A DNA stretch of 59,385 nt, counting the filler. It is 4 parts of 4 records of this genome, joined end to end, with 100 filler letters (N's around TTAATTAATTAA, not from the genome) between each part and the next. Parts side by side here need not be neighbours in the genome. Positions count along the whole stretch, not along the records: positions 1 to 8,639 come from SRR31156797_7262; positions 8,740 to 28,805 come from SRR31156797_7268; 2 more parts are not named here. The stretch is one strand, 5' to 3'. A program made the translations under genes and the position numbers. The notes beneath the pieces are model-generated. The model was not told the DNA's origin, did not search any database, and saw nothing but the letters and a program-made list of their open reading frames with translations. Shown piece after piece: positions 1-8,740 of the stretch (its first letter is position 1; every line of letters begins with the position of its first letter).

Positions 1-507
1 CATTTTATCTCAAACTTTAACGGACTATTGATTAAAGAAAGTAACAAAAGAAGCATTGCGGCTATTAAAACCAATAAAGAAATAGCAAAAAGATGTCTTA
101 AAGAAATGCCCGTGGTTGAATCGGACAGCTTACTTTTTGATGCCATCATGTCGAAGTACAAAGGCAAAGTGGTGTATGTTGATTTTTGGGCTACCTGGTG
201 CGGTCCTTGTCGCAGTGGAATACAAAGAATTGCGCCATTAAAAGAAGAAATGGCCAAGGAGAATGTGGCTTTTGTTTATATTTCTGCAGCCAGTTCTCCA
301 ATGGGTTCATACATGAATATGATACCTAACATTAAGGGTGACCATTATAAAACTACGCAGGAACAATGGACCAAACTTTGCGAACAATTTGAAGTGAATG
401 GTATCCCACATTATGTGCTGGTAGACAAAGAAGGTAAAGTGGTTAAAAACAACTTCCGCCTACATAACAACGAGGCCATCAAAAACCTATTAAATAGTTA
501 TTTGTAG
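1..507 (+). CDS. TlpA-family disulfide reductase/redoxin, C-terminal part (5' end off the window)
   Basis: Frame is open from base 1. It contains YKGKVVYVDFWATWCGPC and GIPHYVLVDKEG, typical of TlpA/ResA thioredoxin folds. Confidence 0.9.
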   Translation, partial: HFISNFNGLLIKESNKRSIAAIKTNKEIAKRCLKEMPVVESDSLLFDAIMSKYKGKVVYVDFWATWCGPCRSGIQRIAPLKEEMAKENVAFVYISAASSPMGSYMNMIPNIKGDHYKTTQEQWTKLCEQFEVNGIPHYVLVDKEGKVVKNNFRLHNNEAIKNLLNSYL

Positions 508-526
508 AAAGTACTTTGTAGCATAA

Positions 527-567
527 TAAAAATGCCATTCCTTTTTACTGGAATGGCATTTCTTTTT
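527..567. terminator. Bidirectional rho-independent terminator
   Basis: AAATGCCATTCC-8 nt loop-GGAATGGCATTT flanked by A/T tracts, between convergent genes. Confidence 0.85.
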
Positions 568-593
568 AAGTGTTTTTGTTGAAATATCTTTTG

Positions 594-1016
594 CTATTTT
601 ACGGCCAGCACTTTTACGCCACTTACCTGGGTTGTATCTGAGATATAACCAATAGCTCCTTTATTGTTTTTTACATACTCAATAACATCCTTATCCGATT
701 CTTTTTCTACCGGACCTGCATCCATTCCTGAGAATATTGCACGCTGCCAGTAACTTCTAATGGCTGCCACATTCTTTTTAAATACTTGTTTCGAAAATGT
801 ACCTCTTACCTGCGCGCTTGCTTGTTGATCAATCGGAGAAATTAAAGTTCCGTTTTCCCATTTCTTCTTCTTTTTCAAAAATACCATCGCTAATTCTTTT
901 TGAGAAATGGCTTCAACTGCATTGGATTTATTAACTATGATTTTATAAGACTGTGCTGAAACTCCTGATATTGCACAGAATACTACAACTATAAATAGAA
1001 ATATATATTTTTTCAT
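594..1016 (-). CDS. Small secreted PBP2/PstS-like single-domain protein (often annotated phosphate ABC transporter substrate-binding protein)
   Basis: Signal peptide (..VSAQ), IIVNKSN...LAMVFL, YW..AIFSG...P and VIEYV..NKGAIGYI motifs of the short PBP-like family; only 140 aa. Confidence 0.7.
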   Translation of the reverse strand: MKKYIFLFIVVVFCAISGVSAQSYKIIVNKSNAVEAISQKELAMVFLKKKKKWENGTLISPIDQQASAQVRGTFSKQVFKKNVAAIRSYWQRAIFSGMDAGPVEKESDKDVIEYVKNNKGAIGYISDTTQVSGVKVLAVK

Positions 1017-1158
1017 CTGCTTAAATTTTGTTTTTATTAGTCAGATGGAACTGGCCATTTTAGTCATCCTCATTTGTGAGAAAAATATACTTACGGCTCG
1101 TTTCATCTTATTCTAATTATTATGTGTTTTATTATTGAGCTTTAAAATAATGACGTTC

Positions 1159-2256
1159 TTAGAAAGAATAAATAAAAGATGCTACTAAACCATCCACATT
1201 TTGAACATCATGTTCATAATGCAGGTACTCTAATTTAACATTGGTTTCAAATGTAGGTTTAAACACAACTCCTCCTGTATAACGATGAAAATGAATATCA
1301 TTGGTTGTTTGGTCTTCATATCTGGCAAAAGGAGTAAATTTACCAACTTCGTGACTCAGCTCCACGAACGCTCCATGTAAATCTACTGTAGCATCTTGAA
1401 TCTTCAAATCTGAATTCCAAACCTCTCCGATTAAACGAGTATTATTATACTTAAAGTTAAAATCCAGACCATATGCCACCTTATTCAAGGTTAAATCAAC
1501 TGGCATCCCTAAGTGATGATAATATACCGGAAAAGTTTCTTCCTTTGGTGCAAACACACTAAAACCAACCTTGGCGTAATCCTGTAATGCAAAACGCACA
1601 TTACCTCCAACTGCCACATTGTATGAATTATTAAAACTCTCATCAATAGTGCTTGGACTACCAATAATCTTCTGATAATACACTACCTCATCACCAAAAA
1701 AACCGACAGCTCCGGTTTTCATCCAAGTTGTATTTCTATATCCTCCGGCAAAAAAGTCATACGTAACCTTTAAGTTTTCACCAAAACCTCCATTAATAGA
1801 AATTGCATCCATATTTAATGGAAAAAACTCGTGATTTGATATAAGTACCGGTAAGGTAGCACTGTTATTTACAGGAGCATAATAATAAGTATTCATTGGA
1901 CTTAGGGGAGTTAAAAAACGTCCTACTTTTAAGCCAAAATTTTCGTTTACATCATACTGAACATTAGCTTCGTTTAACATTTGGTTAAATGAAAAGTCGG
2001 GTCTGTAAACAAAAACAGCTGTAAAAGTTAAATCTTTTGTAGGTTTATAATTAGTTAAAATTCCAGCTTCTGATAAAGCTACACCGTAATTGTTATCATA
2101 CCCCTTTAAATCGTTGAAGTAGTTGAACTCAGTTGCAATATAACCTGTAATTCTCTTCTGCGGTTTCCAATTATCCTGTGCTTTTACTTCATTCATAAAA
2201 AACATAGCTGCAAGCAATACAACTACTGATAAAATGCTTTTCCCAATCATCTTCAT
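1159..2256 (-). CDS. Outer-membrane beta-barrel (porin-like) protein
   Basis: Signal peptide, amphipathic beta-strands, LKVGRFLTP motif, C-terminal aromatic BAM signature (FIYSF). Confidence 0.7.
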   Translation of the reverse strand: MKMIGKSILSVVVLLAAMFFMNEVKAQDNWKPQKRITGYIATEFNYFNDLKGYDNNYGVALSEAGILTNYKPTKDLTFTAVFVYRPDFSFNQMLNEANVQYDVNENFGLKVGRFLTPLSPMNTYYYAPVNNSATLPVLISNHEFFPLNMDAISINGGFGENLKVTYDFFAGGYRNTTWMKTGAVGFFGDEVVYYQKIIGSPSTIDESFNNSYNVAVGGNVRFALQDYAKVGFSVFAPKEETFPVYYHHLGMPVDLTLNKVAYGLDFNFKYNNTRLIGEVWNSDLKIQDATVDLHGAFVELSHEVGKFTPFARYEDQTTNDIHFHRYTGGVVFKPTFETNVKLEYLHYEHDVQNVDGLVASFIYSF

Positions 2257-2263
2257 CTTTAAA

Positions 2264-2680
2264 TTATTTATTTACATTAATAAACTTGTTAAAATACATT
2301 CCATTTGACATGACCTTGTCTACTGCTGATTTTAAACAGTTATAAACATCCTTTTTTAATACACACGCACTAAATCCTGCCTCTATTAAGGATTGCAACT
2401 GATATTCGCTGGAATACATAGTAATCCCAATTACCTTAACATTATACCTGGCGTATTTGGCAAAAAATTCTTGAATGGTTTTCATACCATTGAGCAATGG
2501 CATATTAATATCCATAAATACAATATCCGGAAAGTCTGTTCGCTCAGCTTCCAGAAACTCAATACCTGAAGAAGCCTCCTGTAGAATCTCCCAATTAGTT
2601 TGGGTTTCAATAAAAAACCGAAGCCCATCTCTAAACACTTTATTATCGTCTACAATACTTACCCGATACCCTTTATTCAT
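2264..2680 (-). CDS. Stand-alone NarL-like receiver-domain response regulator (no HTH)
   Basis: IVDDN, FMDINMP, ITM and LKK receiver residues are present and the protein ends right after GMYF. ATG at 2680 preferred to TTG at 2701. Confidence 0.85.
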   Translation of the reverse strand: MNKGYRVSIVDDNKVFRDGLRFFIETQTNWEILQEASSGIEFLEAERTDFPDIVFMDINMPLLNGMKTIQEFFAKYARYNVKVIGITMYSSEYQLQSLIEAGFSACVLKKDVYNCLKSAVDKVMSNGMYFNKFINVNK

Positions 2681-2745
2681 TGCATTTATTTTACGATACA
2701 AAAATGCAACGAAACATAAATGTGTAAAAGAGGGGGATTCTGTAT

Positions 2746-2793
2746 ATTAAGGTAGTACACTACTTAATTAAACTAAGGGTAAACCCTTAGTTT
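2746..2793. promoter_or_regulatory. Two adjacent palindromes, putative response-regulator binding sites
   Basis: AAACTAAGGGT-AA-ACCCTTAGTTT (2770-2793, perfect 11-bp arms) and imperfect ATTAAGGTAGT-AC-ACTACTTAAT (2746-2768), upstream of the REC-porin-PBP operon. Confidence 0.5.
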
Positions 2794-2916
2794 GTTTGAG
2801 GAATGATACAATATATCTCTTGGAATTAAGGCTCTGATGTTATAGTAGCCTCAAAACAATTACTAAGTCACCAACCACTTATTGGTTTGATATTTAATAC
2901 ATTGTCTTATAATATT

Positions 2917-3549
2917 CTATAATTCGCAATAATGATTTTTAAGGGCCCAAATCACCAATTGTGCAATGTTTTTTTGATCTGATTTTCGAAGAATATTTGA
3001 TCGATGAACTTCTATTGTTTTATGACTTAAAAACAGCTTTTCGGATATTTCTTTAGTTGATAAGCCTTTGCAAATAAGCTGTAGTACTTCAACTTCTCTT
3101 TTGGTTAGCTTTTCTTCCTTTTCATCTTCTTTCGCAATGGCTTTAAAAGCCATCTTTTGCAGTATCTCCTGCGAAAAATAGTTACCTCCCTTACTTACTT
3201 CTTGAATAGCATGTGCCAACTCATATTTACCTGCTTTTTTTAGAATAAAACCATGGGCTCCAGCCTGAATCATCTGCATATAATAGGATTCCTCTACAAA
3301 CATGGTTACCGCAATAACTTTAATATCCGGCTTTCTGGCTTTCAGCTTTTGTGTGGTTTCAATACCATTCATTCCTTCCATTTTAATATCCATTAAAACG
3401 ATATCAACATCTAAACTATCCACATTATCGAGAAAAACATGACCACAGCAATAATCAGCCACTACATTAACATCCTCTATCTGACCTAAAACCAAAACTA
3501 GGCCTTCTCTAAACATTTCATGATCATCAACTACAGCAATATTTATCAT
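2917..3549 (-). CDS. NarL/LuxR-family DNA-binding response regulator
   Basis: REC domain (VDDH, LMDI, VTM, LKK) plus LuxR HTH LTKREVEVL...GLSTKEISEKLFLSHKTIEVHRSNI; ATGA overlap with the kinase. Confidence 0.95.
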   Translation of the reverse strand: MINIAVVDDHEMFREGLVLVLGQIEDVNVVADYCCGHVFLDNVDSLDVDIVLMDIKMEGMNGIETTQKLKARKPDIKVIAVTMFVEESYYMQMIQAGAHGFILKKAGKYELAHAIQEVSKGGNYFSQEILQKMAFKAIAKEDEKEEKLTKREVEVLQLICKGLSTKEISEKLFLSHKTIEVHRSNILRKSDQKNIAQLVIWALKNHYCEL

Positions 3550-5588
3550 ATCATTTTGTCTTTAGGTATCTTAATATTTACTTTAACACCATTACCGTGA
3601 CTACTCTTTAAGAGAAACTCGCCATTAAATGATTGTATTCTGCTTTTCAAGTTTCCTAAACCCATTCCTACTGTATTAGAAATAACTTCCCGTGGATCAA
3701 AACCGACACCATTATCACTATAAAACAATTGAATAAAATGCTGACTTTCATTCATATCAAATACTACCCGTGAGGCATTGGCATGTTTAATCGTATTGTT
3801 GATTAACTCTGTAAAAAGCCGATAGATAGTAATTTCTTTGTTTTCATCAAAACGGCCGACATTATTATGCAAAAATTCAATCTCTAATTTCTCCGAAATA
3901 CTGAACTTATTAATAAAGGATTCTACCGCAGCTACTATGCCGTAATTAATTAAAATATGCGGACTTATATTAAAAGCAATTTCAGAAGTACTGTTTACAG
4001 CATCCTCCACTAAACCCATCAATTTTTCTTTAATTATATTTTGTTTTTCAGGATTTAGTTCATCTAACAGTGCTTGCGTATATAATTTTACTGTTGTAAG
4101 TATTGGACCGATACCATCGTGTAAATCAGATGAAATTCTTTTGCGCTCGTTTTCCTCTGTCTGAATAATTGAATTGAGCACTAAATTTTGATTACGTTTT
4201 CGCTCGGTAATATCTTTTTCAACTACCATATAATACGAAGACCCTAACTCTTCCATAGCTTGCAGATTTACCAAAGTATAAACTGGTTTATCGGAATCAG
4301 AAAAATGCTTCCATTCAAAGCTCTGATTAACCCCATTCAAGGTAAGTTCAATTCTCTCAGACAGATTAACAGTTGCATTTAATCCTTCAAGTTCAAGATA
4401 TGGATATGCATATGGAATGCTCTCTTGAGACTGATCAATATCTTTATATAAATGATGAGCCACTTTATTATGCTCCACGAGCTTATTACCATTCATTATC
4501 AATATAGATTCATTGGTCTGTTCAAATAAGGTACGGTAAAGCTGCTCACTTTTTAGCAACTTTTCAGAGGCAATAGTTTGTTCAGTTATATCTTTCAACA
4601 CCACTAAGAAAGAGAATTTATCCGGCTCCCCAATAACAATATTTTGCGCATAAACCACTAATCTTTTCCCGGTTTTAGTCACCCCCTCAATGCACAAATC
4701 CGGAAGCGTTCCTCCTTTTAACAGAAATTCTCTTCGCTGTTTTATAATTTCATGATACTCCTTATGAATAAATATCCAACCACTATTTCCAATTAAATCA
4801 TCGTACGAAAAACCAGTCATGTTTAGTATGGATTGGTTCACATCTACAATATTAAAATCCTTATCTAAAATAGCGTATCCGTCATAGCTATTGTTAAAAA
4901 GACTATTAAAATTATTTGCCTGCTGCTCGGCTAAAACCTCCGCTTTTTTTCTTTCACCTACCTCGCTGAGCAACTTATGATTTAACACATTAGATTCATC
5001 GACTTGCCTTTTTAAAAGAGCAATATTGTTATTGTTATTCTTAAAAACATAATACACCAAAGCAGTCATAAATCCCGCCCCAATCATCACTTCAAAAGTT
5101 CTGACAAAAAGCATATCAATATCATAATGATAAAATTCGGGATCATAATAGAAAGATATAAGTTTGAAATAAAAAAGGATAGGGTTTAACAGATACATGA
5201 CAAAAGCACTACTCACCAAAACTATAGAAGTACGTAAAGAGGATGTTAAAAGGGTATAACTAATAAGAATGATAAAAACAGTAGACATAAATTCCAGGTT
5301 TCCCAATAACATGGCTTTTATTCCGAAATAATAAAGCAGAATAAAAAACAATCCTCGTTTTACGATAAATGGAATTTTTTTAAATAAAGGTATAGATACC
5401 AATAAGATAACTAACAAAATATAGTTTGAGATAATAGATATGGGATGATAAACTTTATTTACTGAAAAGTTTACATAAAGTATTAAGGGAATAATAAAAA
5501 TAATAGTCGACAGGACTGCCACATCCGTAATTTTCCTGTTAAACTCACTGGCTTGGGCAACTTTTTTGATACTATCTATCATTCGCAT
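3546..5588 (-). CDS. Membrane-bound PAS-domain sensor histidine kinase (HisKA_3 type)
   Basis: About 5-6 N-terminal TM helices, two PAS domains ending in KDITE, ERKRISSDLHDGIG H-box, NNTIKHA, DNGVGF, GMGL. Confidence 0.93.
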   Translation of the reverse strand: MRMIDSIKKVAQASEFNRKITDVAVLSTIIFIIPLILYVNFSVNKVYHPISIISNYILLVILLVSIPLFKKIPFIVKRGLFFILLYYFGIKAMLLGNLEFMSTVFIILISYTLLTSSLRTSIVLVSSAFVMYLLNPILFYFKLISFYYDPEFYHYDIDMLFVRTFEVMIGAGFMTALVYYVFKNNNNNIALLKRQVDESNVLNHKLLSEVGERKKAEVLAEQQANNFNSLFNNSYDGYAILDKDFNIVDVNQSILNMTGFSYDDLIGNSGWIFIHKEYHEIIKQRREFLLKGGTLPDLCIEGVTKTGKRLVVYAQNIVIGEPDKFSFLVVLKDITEQTIASEKLLKSEQLYRTLFEQTNESILIMNGNKLVEHNKVAHHLYKDIDQSQESIPYAYPYLELEGLNATVNLSERIELTLNGVNQSFEWKHFSDSDKPVYTLVNLQAMEELGSSYYMVVEKDITERKRNQNLVLNSIIQTEENERKRISSDLHDGIGPILTTVKLYTQALLDELNPEKQNIIKEKLMGLVEDAVNSTSEIAFNISPHILINYGIVAAVESFINKFSISEKLEIEFLHNNVGRFDENKEITIYRLFTELINNTIKHANASRVVFDMNESQHFIQLFYSDNGVGFDPREVISNTVGMGLGNLKSRIQSFNGEFLLKSSHGNGVKVNIKIPKDKMI

Positions 5589-5749
5589 GCTACAAATTTT
5601 CCTATTAAGATAATATACTTATTTGTGCAAAGTAAGTTACAATACTTACATAGAAGTAAATCAGGTGGGATTAGTGCTTTTTATCTATTTCTCAATATTT
5701 CTTCTTTTCATTTTGGCGGCACTATGCCCTTATAATGATAGCATCCTCT

Positions 5750-5980
5750 CTGGTAGCTTTTATTGCCAGCTTATCTGCCATTCTTGCCAATCTGGTAGCT
5801 TCTGTTACCTGTCTGGTAGCTCTTCTTGCCATGTTGGTTGACCCTTTTGCCTATCTGGTAGCTATTTCTGCCACTCTGGTAAACTCTCTTGCCAGATTAG
5901 TAGGCTTTATTGCCATTCTGGTAAACATTTTTGCCAGGTTGGTAGGTTTTCTTGCCATTCTGGTAAATATTTTTGCCTGT
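5750..5980. repeat. Tandem array of 11 degenerate 21-nt units, consensus YTGGTA-N8-TGCC-N3
   Basis: Units start at 5750, 5771, 5792 ... 5960 with an exact 21-nt period (e.g. ctggtagcttttattgccagc, ctggtaaacatttttgccagg). Confidence 0.9.
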
Positions 5981-6285
5981 TTTTCACCTTTACCAGATGT
6001 AACTATGTATCTACCAACTATGATATTGTCCATTCTTTCAACGGATACACTTTTATCTACTTGGACAACCTATTTATTATGCTCCACATTAGTACGAATA
6101 ACTATCTACTCTTTACTGCATACTGTTTACTGTTATCTGGTAACTGCCTACTGATCACTGCTATCTGTAAACGCCATTCAATCACTCAATAGAACCGCTC
6201 CTACATTCATTAATATATATACCACAAGGTCATTCTATCTTCACTTCTGTAAAACATTAGTATATTCAACGCTTAATCTTAAAAA

Positions 6286-8639
6286 ATGAAGAAAATAACC
6301 TTTATCCTACTTAGCATTTTAATTCTTACCTCCATCCATGCCCAACAACAACGATTACAAAAAGGGGACGTTTTTGAGTATAGAAAGAGTCAACATTCTT
6401 TAAATAGCGGAAAATCCAGTATATCTGAAGGGATGTATCGAAGTCGTATCTCTTATAAAGTGTTAGAGCTTACTGATTCAGGATATATTATTGAATCTAA
6501 ACTCAAGCACATCGATTCCTATCACAGAAACAAACAAAATAACAAATGGGAATCAGGCACCTTCTATTATTCAGATCTTGCCAGTGTAAAAAAGAAAAAA
6601 AACATCAGTGGCTCATTTTCTGTGGCTGATTTAGATACGATCCGTTTTAAGTTATCATTAAATGGAGAAATCTCAGACATTGAAATAATAGATCCATTAA
6701 CCAAAGAATTTCCAGAAAACTTAGAAGTATATAAAATAAGTTTTGAACATATTTTTAAACCATTTATTGTTCCATTACCCCAGCAAATTAAACTGAATGA
6801 AGAAATAACGTTTTGCAACGCCACTTATAATATTGCTGAGGTTCACTCTGATTATATCACACTTACCAGTAAACAGAGCGAATTAAAGGTAAACCCTAAA
6901 AATGGGGTTATTTTAGAACGGCAAAGTCATGTTATTACTAAAGATCAGGTAAAAGACAAAACAGAAACAGAAAGAACGGTGCTAATCGTAAATAATCAAA
7001 CACCTTATAATTGCCAGTTTAGTAAAAACGGAATAAGTAAGGACACAACATTGATAAACACCAATGTAACCATCCGGGGAAAAATTAATAATCCAGTTTT
7101 AAACGAGCCTGCTTTCGTACAATGGCACGAAGATAAAGCCAATGGCTTTGATGAATACACCATCTCAAGTAAACTAAAAAAGGACAATACTTTTGAAATT
7201 CGTCTTCACATTGACGATATCAGGGAAATAAAATTTGGTCACAAGGAGATTTCCAGATTTCAAATACTTCCCGGCGACGATATTTACGTGACAGTGGATT
7301 TAAATCATTTTGATGAAACCATTAGTGCAACCGGGATTGGAAGCAATCATGCCAACTATTTCTTTAATCGATTTTTATTCCTGGAAAAAGAGAACCTATT
7401 CGTTAACGATATTTACGTAAACCCATGGAAACATGTTGATTATACATACAAAACGTATTACAATAAAGTATATGATTTTATTAATCGTAGAACTGCATTC
7501 GCAAAGCACTATGAAAAAACAATAGCTCCGGAAGTTTATCTCTCCGATTATTATGAAACAGTTATGAATGCTGTTGAAAAACTAATTAGATATAAAAACA
7601 ACCGAAACTACTATGCCAAGCAATTTGGAGCTTCTCCAACTGACACCATTACTGAAGAATATTTAAGTTATGAGAAATTAGTCCATGTAGACAACGACCT
7701 CATGTCTTTTTCACCAAGCTACGACCGCTTTATTCGTTTTTATGCCTTCTTTTATATTGATGAAAAAATTAAGAAAATTACTGGCACAGGAAATATGATT
7801 GAGCCTGAAATTGGAAACTATTTGGATTTTCTTTACGAAGCCCGCTATAACTCCTGTCATAAAATATATAAGGGTAAAACAAAGTATATTTTAAAATACG
7901 AAACTGTAGAAGATGCTATGGAACGTGGCAGTAGAGAGGTGTATACTAAACTATTCCATCGTTTTACCGAAGATTATCCCCGAAGTTCTAAAATCCCCAA
8001 ACTTAAAGAAGCTTTTGAAAAAATTAGTAACGCAGACATTGGTGCTTTAGCCTATGATTTCCAATTGGAAGATATAAATGGGAACTGTGTAAAACTATCC
8101 GATTTTAAAGGCAAAGCTGTTTATATAGCTTTCCTTAACGCAAGAGCAGGAGGCTATTTAAAAACCATTGTAGAAAATAAAAACGATACTATACAGTCAA
8201 TATTTAAGGATAAGGATGTAGCATTTGTTTTTATAGCCATAAATAATTTCTCAGACCAATCTATTGAAGCCATGAATAAGCTAAACTTTAAAGGAACAAA
8301 GTTATTAGCAACGGATGAGGAAACTTATTTACTCAAAGATAAATTCTTCTTTTCTGCATTTCCACATCATATAATTATAGATGTTGATGGAAGAATAGTG
8401 AACAGAGATGCGCCAACGATCAGCGAATTAGTTCGCCAACCGAATTTATTACTGGATGCCTTGGAGTCGAAGTACACAAGAAAGACTCCTGAAAAAACGA
8501 TACGTAACCTTCGTATTATTTTAATCGCATTAGGTATTCTAATTTTTATGGGTTTATTGTCATGGTTTGTCTATAGAAATAGGGCAGCCCAAAAAATAAA
8601 AGCAGCAGCACTTAACACCAAAGTCCGCGAACTGGAGCT
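6286..8639 (+). CDS. Large exported protein with a degenerate TlpA-like domain and a C-terminal TM helix; probable LytS-type sensor kinase, truncated by the contig end
   Basis: Signal peptide; AYDFQLEDING..VKLSDFKGKAVYIAF...FPHHIIIDVDGRIV redoxin fold without CxxC; TM helix; then ..NTKVRELEL at the break. Confidence 0.65.
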
Positions 8640-8739
8640 NNNNNNNNNNNNNNNNNNNNNNNNNNNNNNNNNNNNNNNNNNNNTTAATTAATTAANNNNN
8701 NNNNNNNNNNNNNNNNNNNNNNNNNNNNNNNNNNNNNNN
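8640..8739. other. Artificial contig spacer
   Basis: N44-TTAATTAATTAA-N44 (stop codons in all six frames). Confidence 0.98.
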
Positions 8740-8740
8740 T

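Noticed and set aside
5750..5980. 21-nt array as a CRISPR array or as sigma54 promoters
   Set aside because: There are no unique spacers and no cas genes. The GG-to-GC spacing is 11 nt, not the 10 nt sigma54 requires.
5553..6154. ORFs 5553-5735, 5623-5841, 5735-6154 and 5851-6033 as genes
   Set aside because: They overlap one another, are mostly explained by the stop-poor 21-nt repeat and show no recognisable family. 5735-6154 cannot be fully excluded.
8684..8695. TTAATTAATTAA palindrome (also at 28850 and 53669)
   Set aside because: Artificial six-frame stop linker, not biological.
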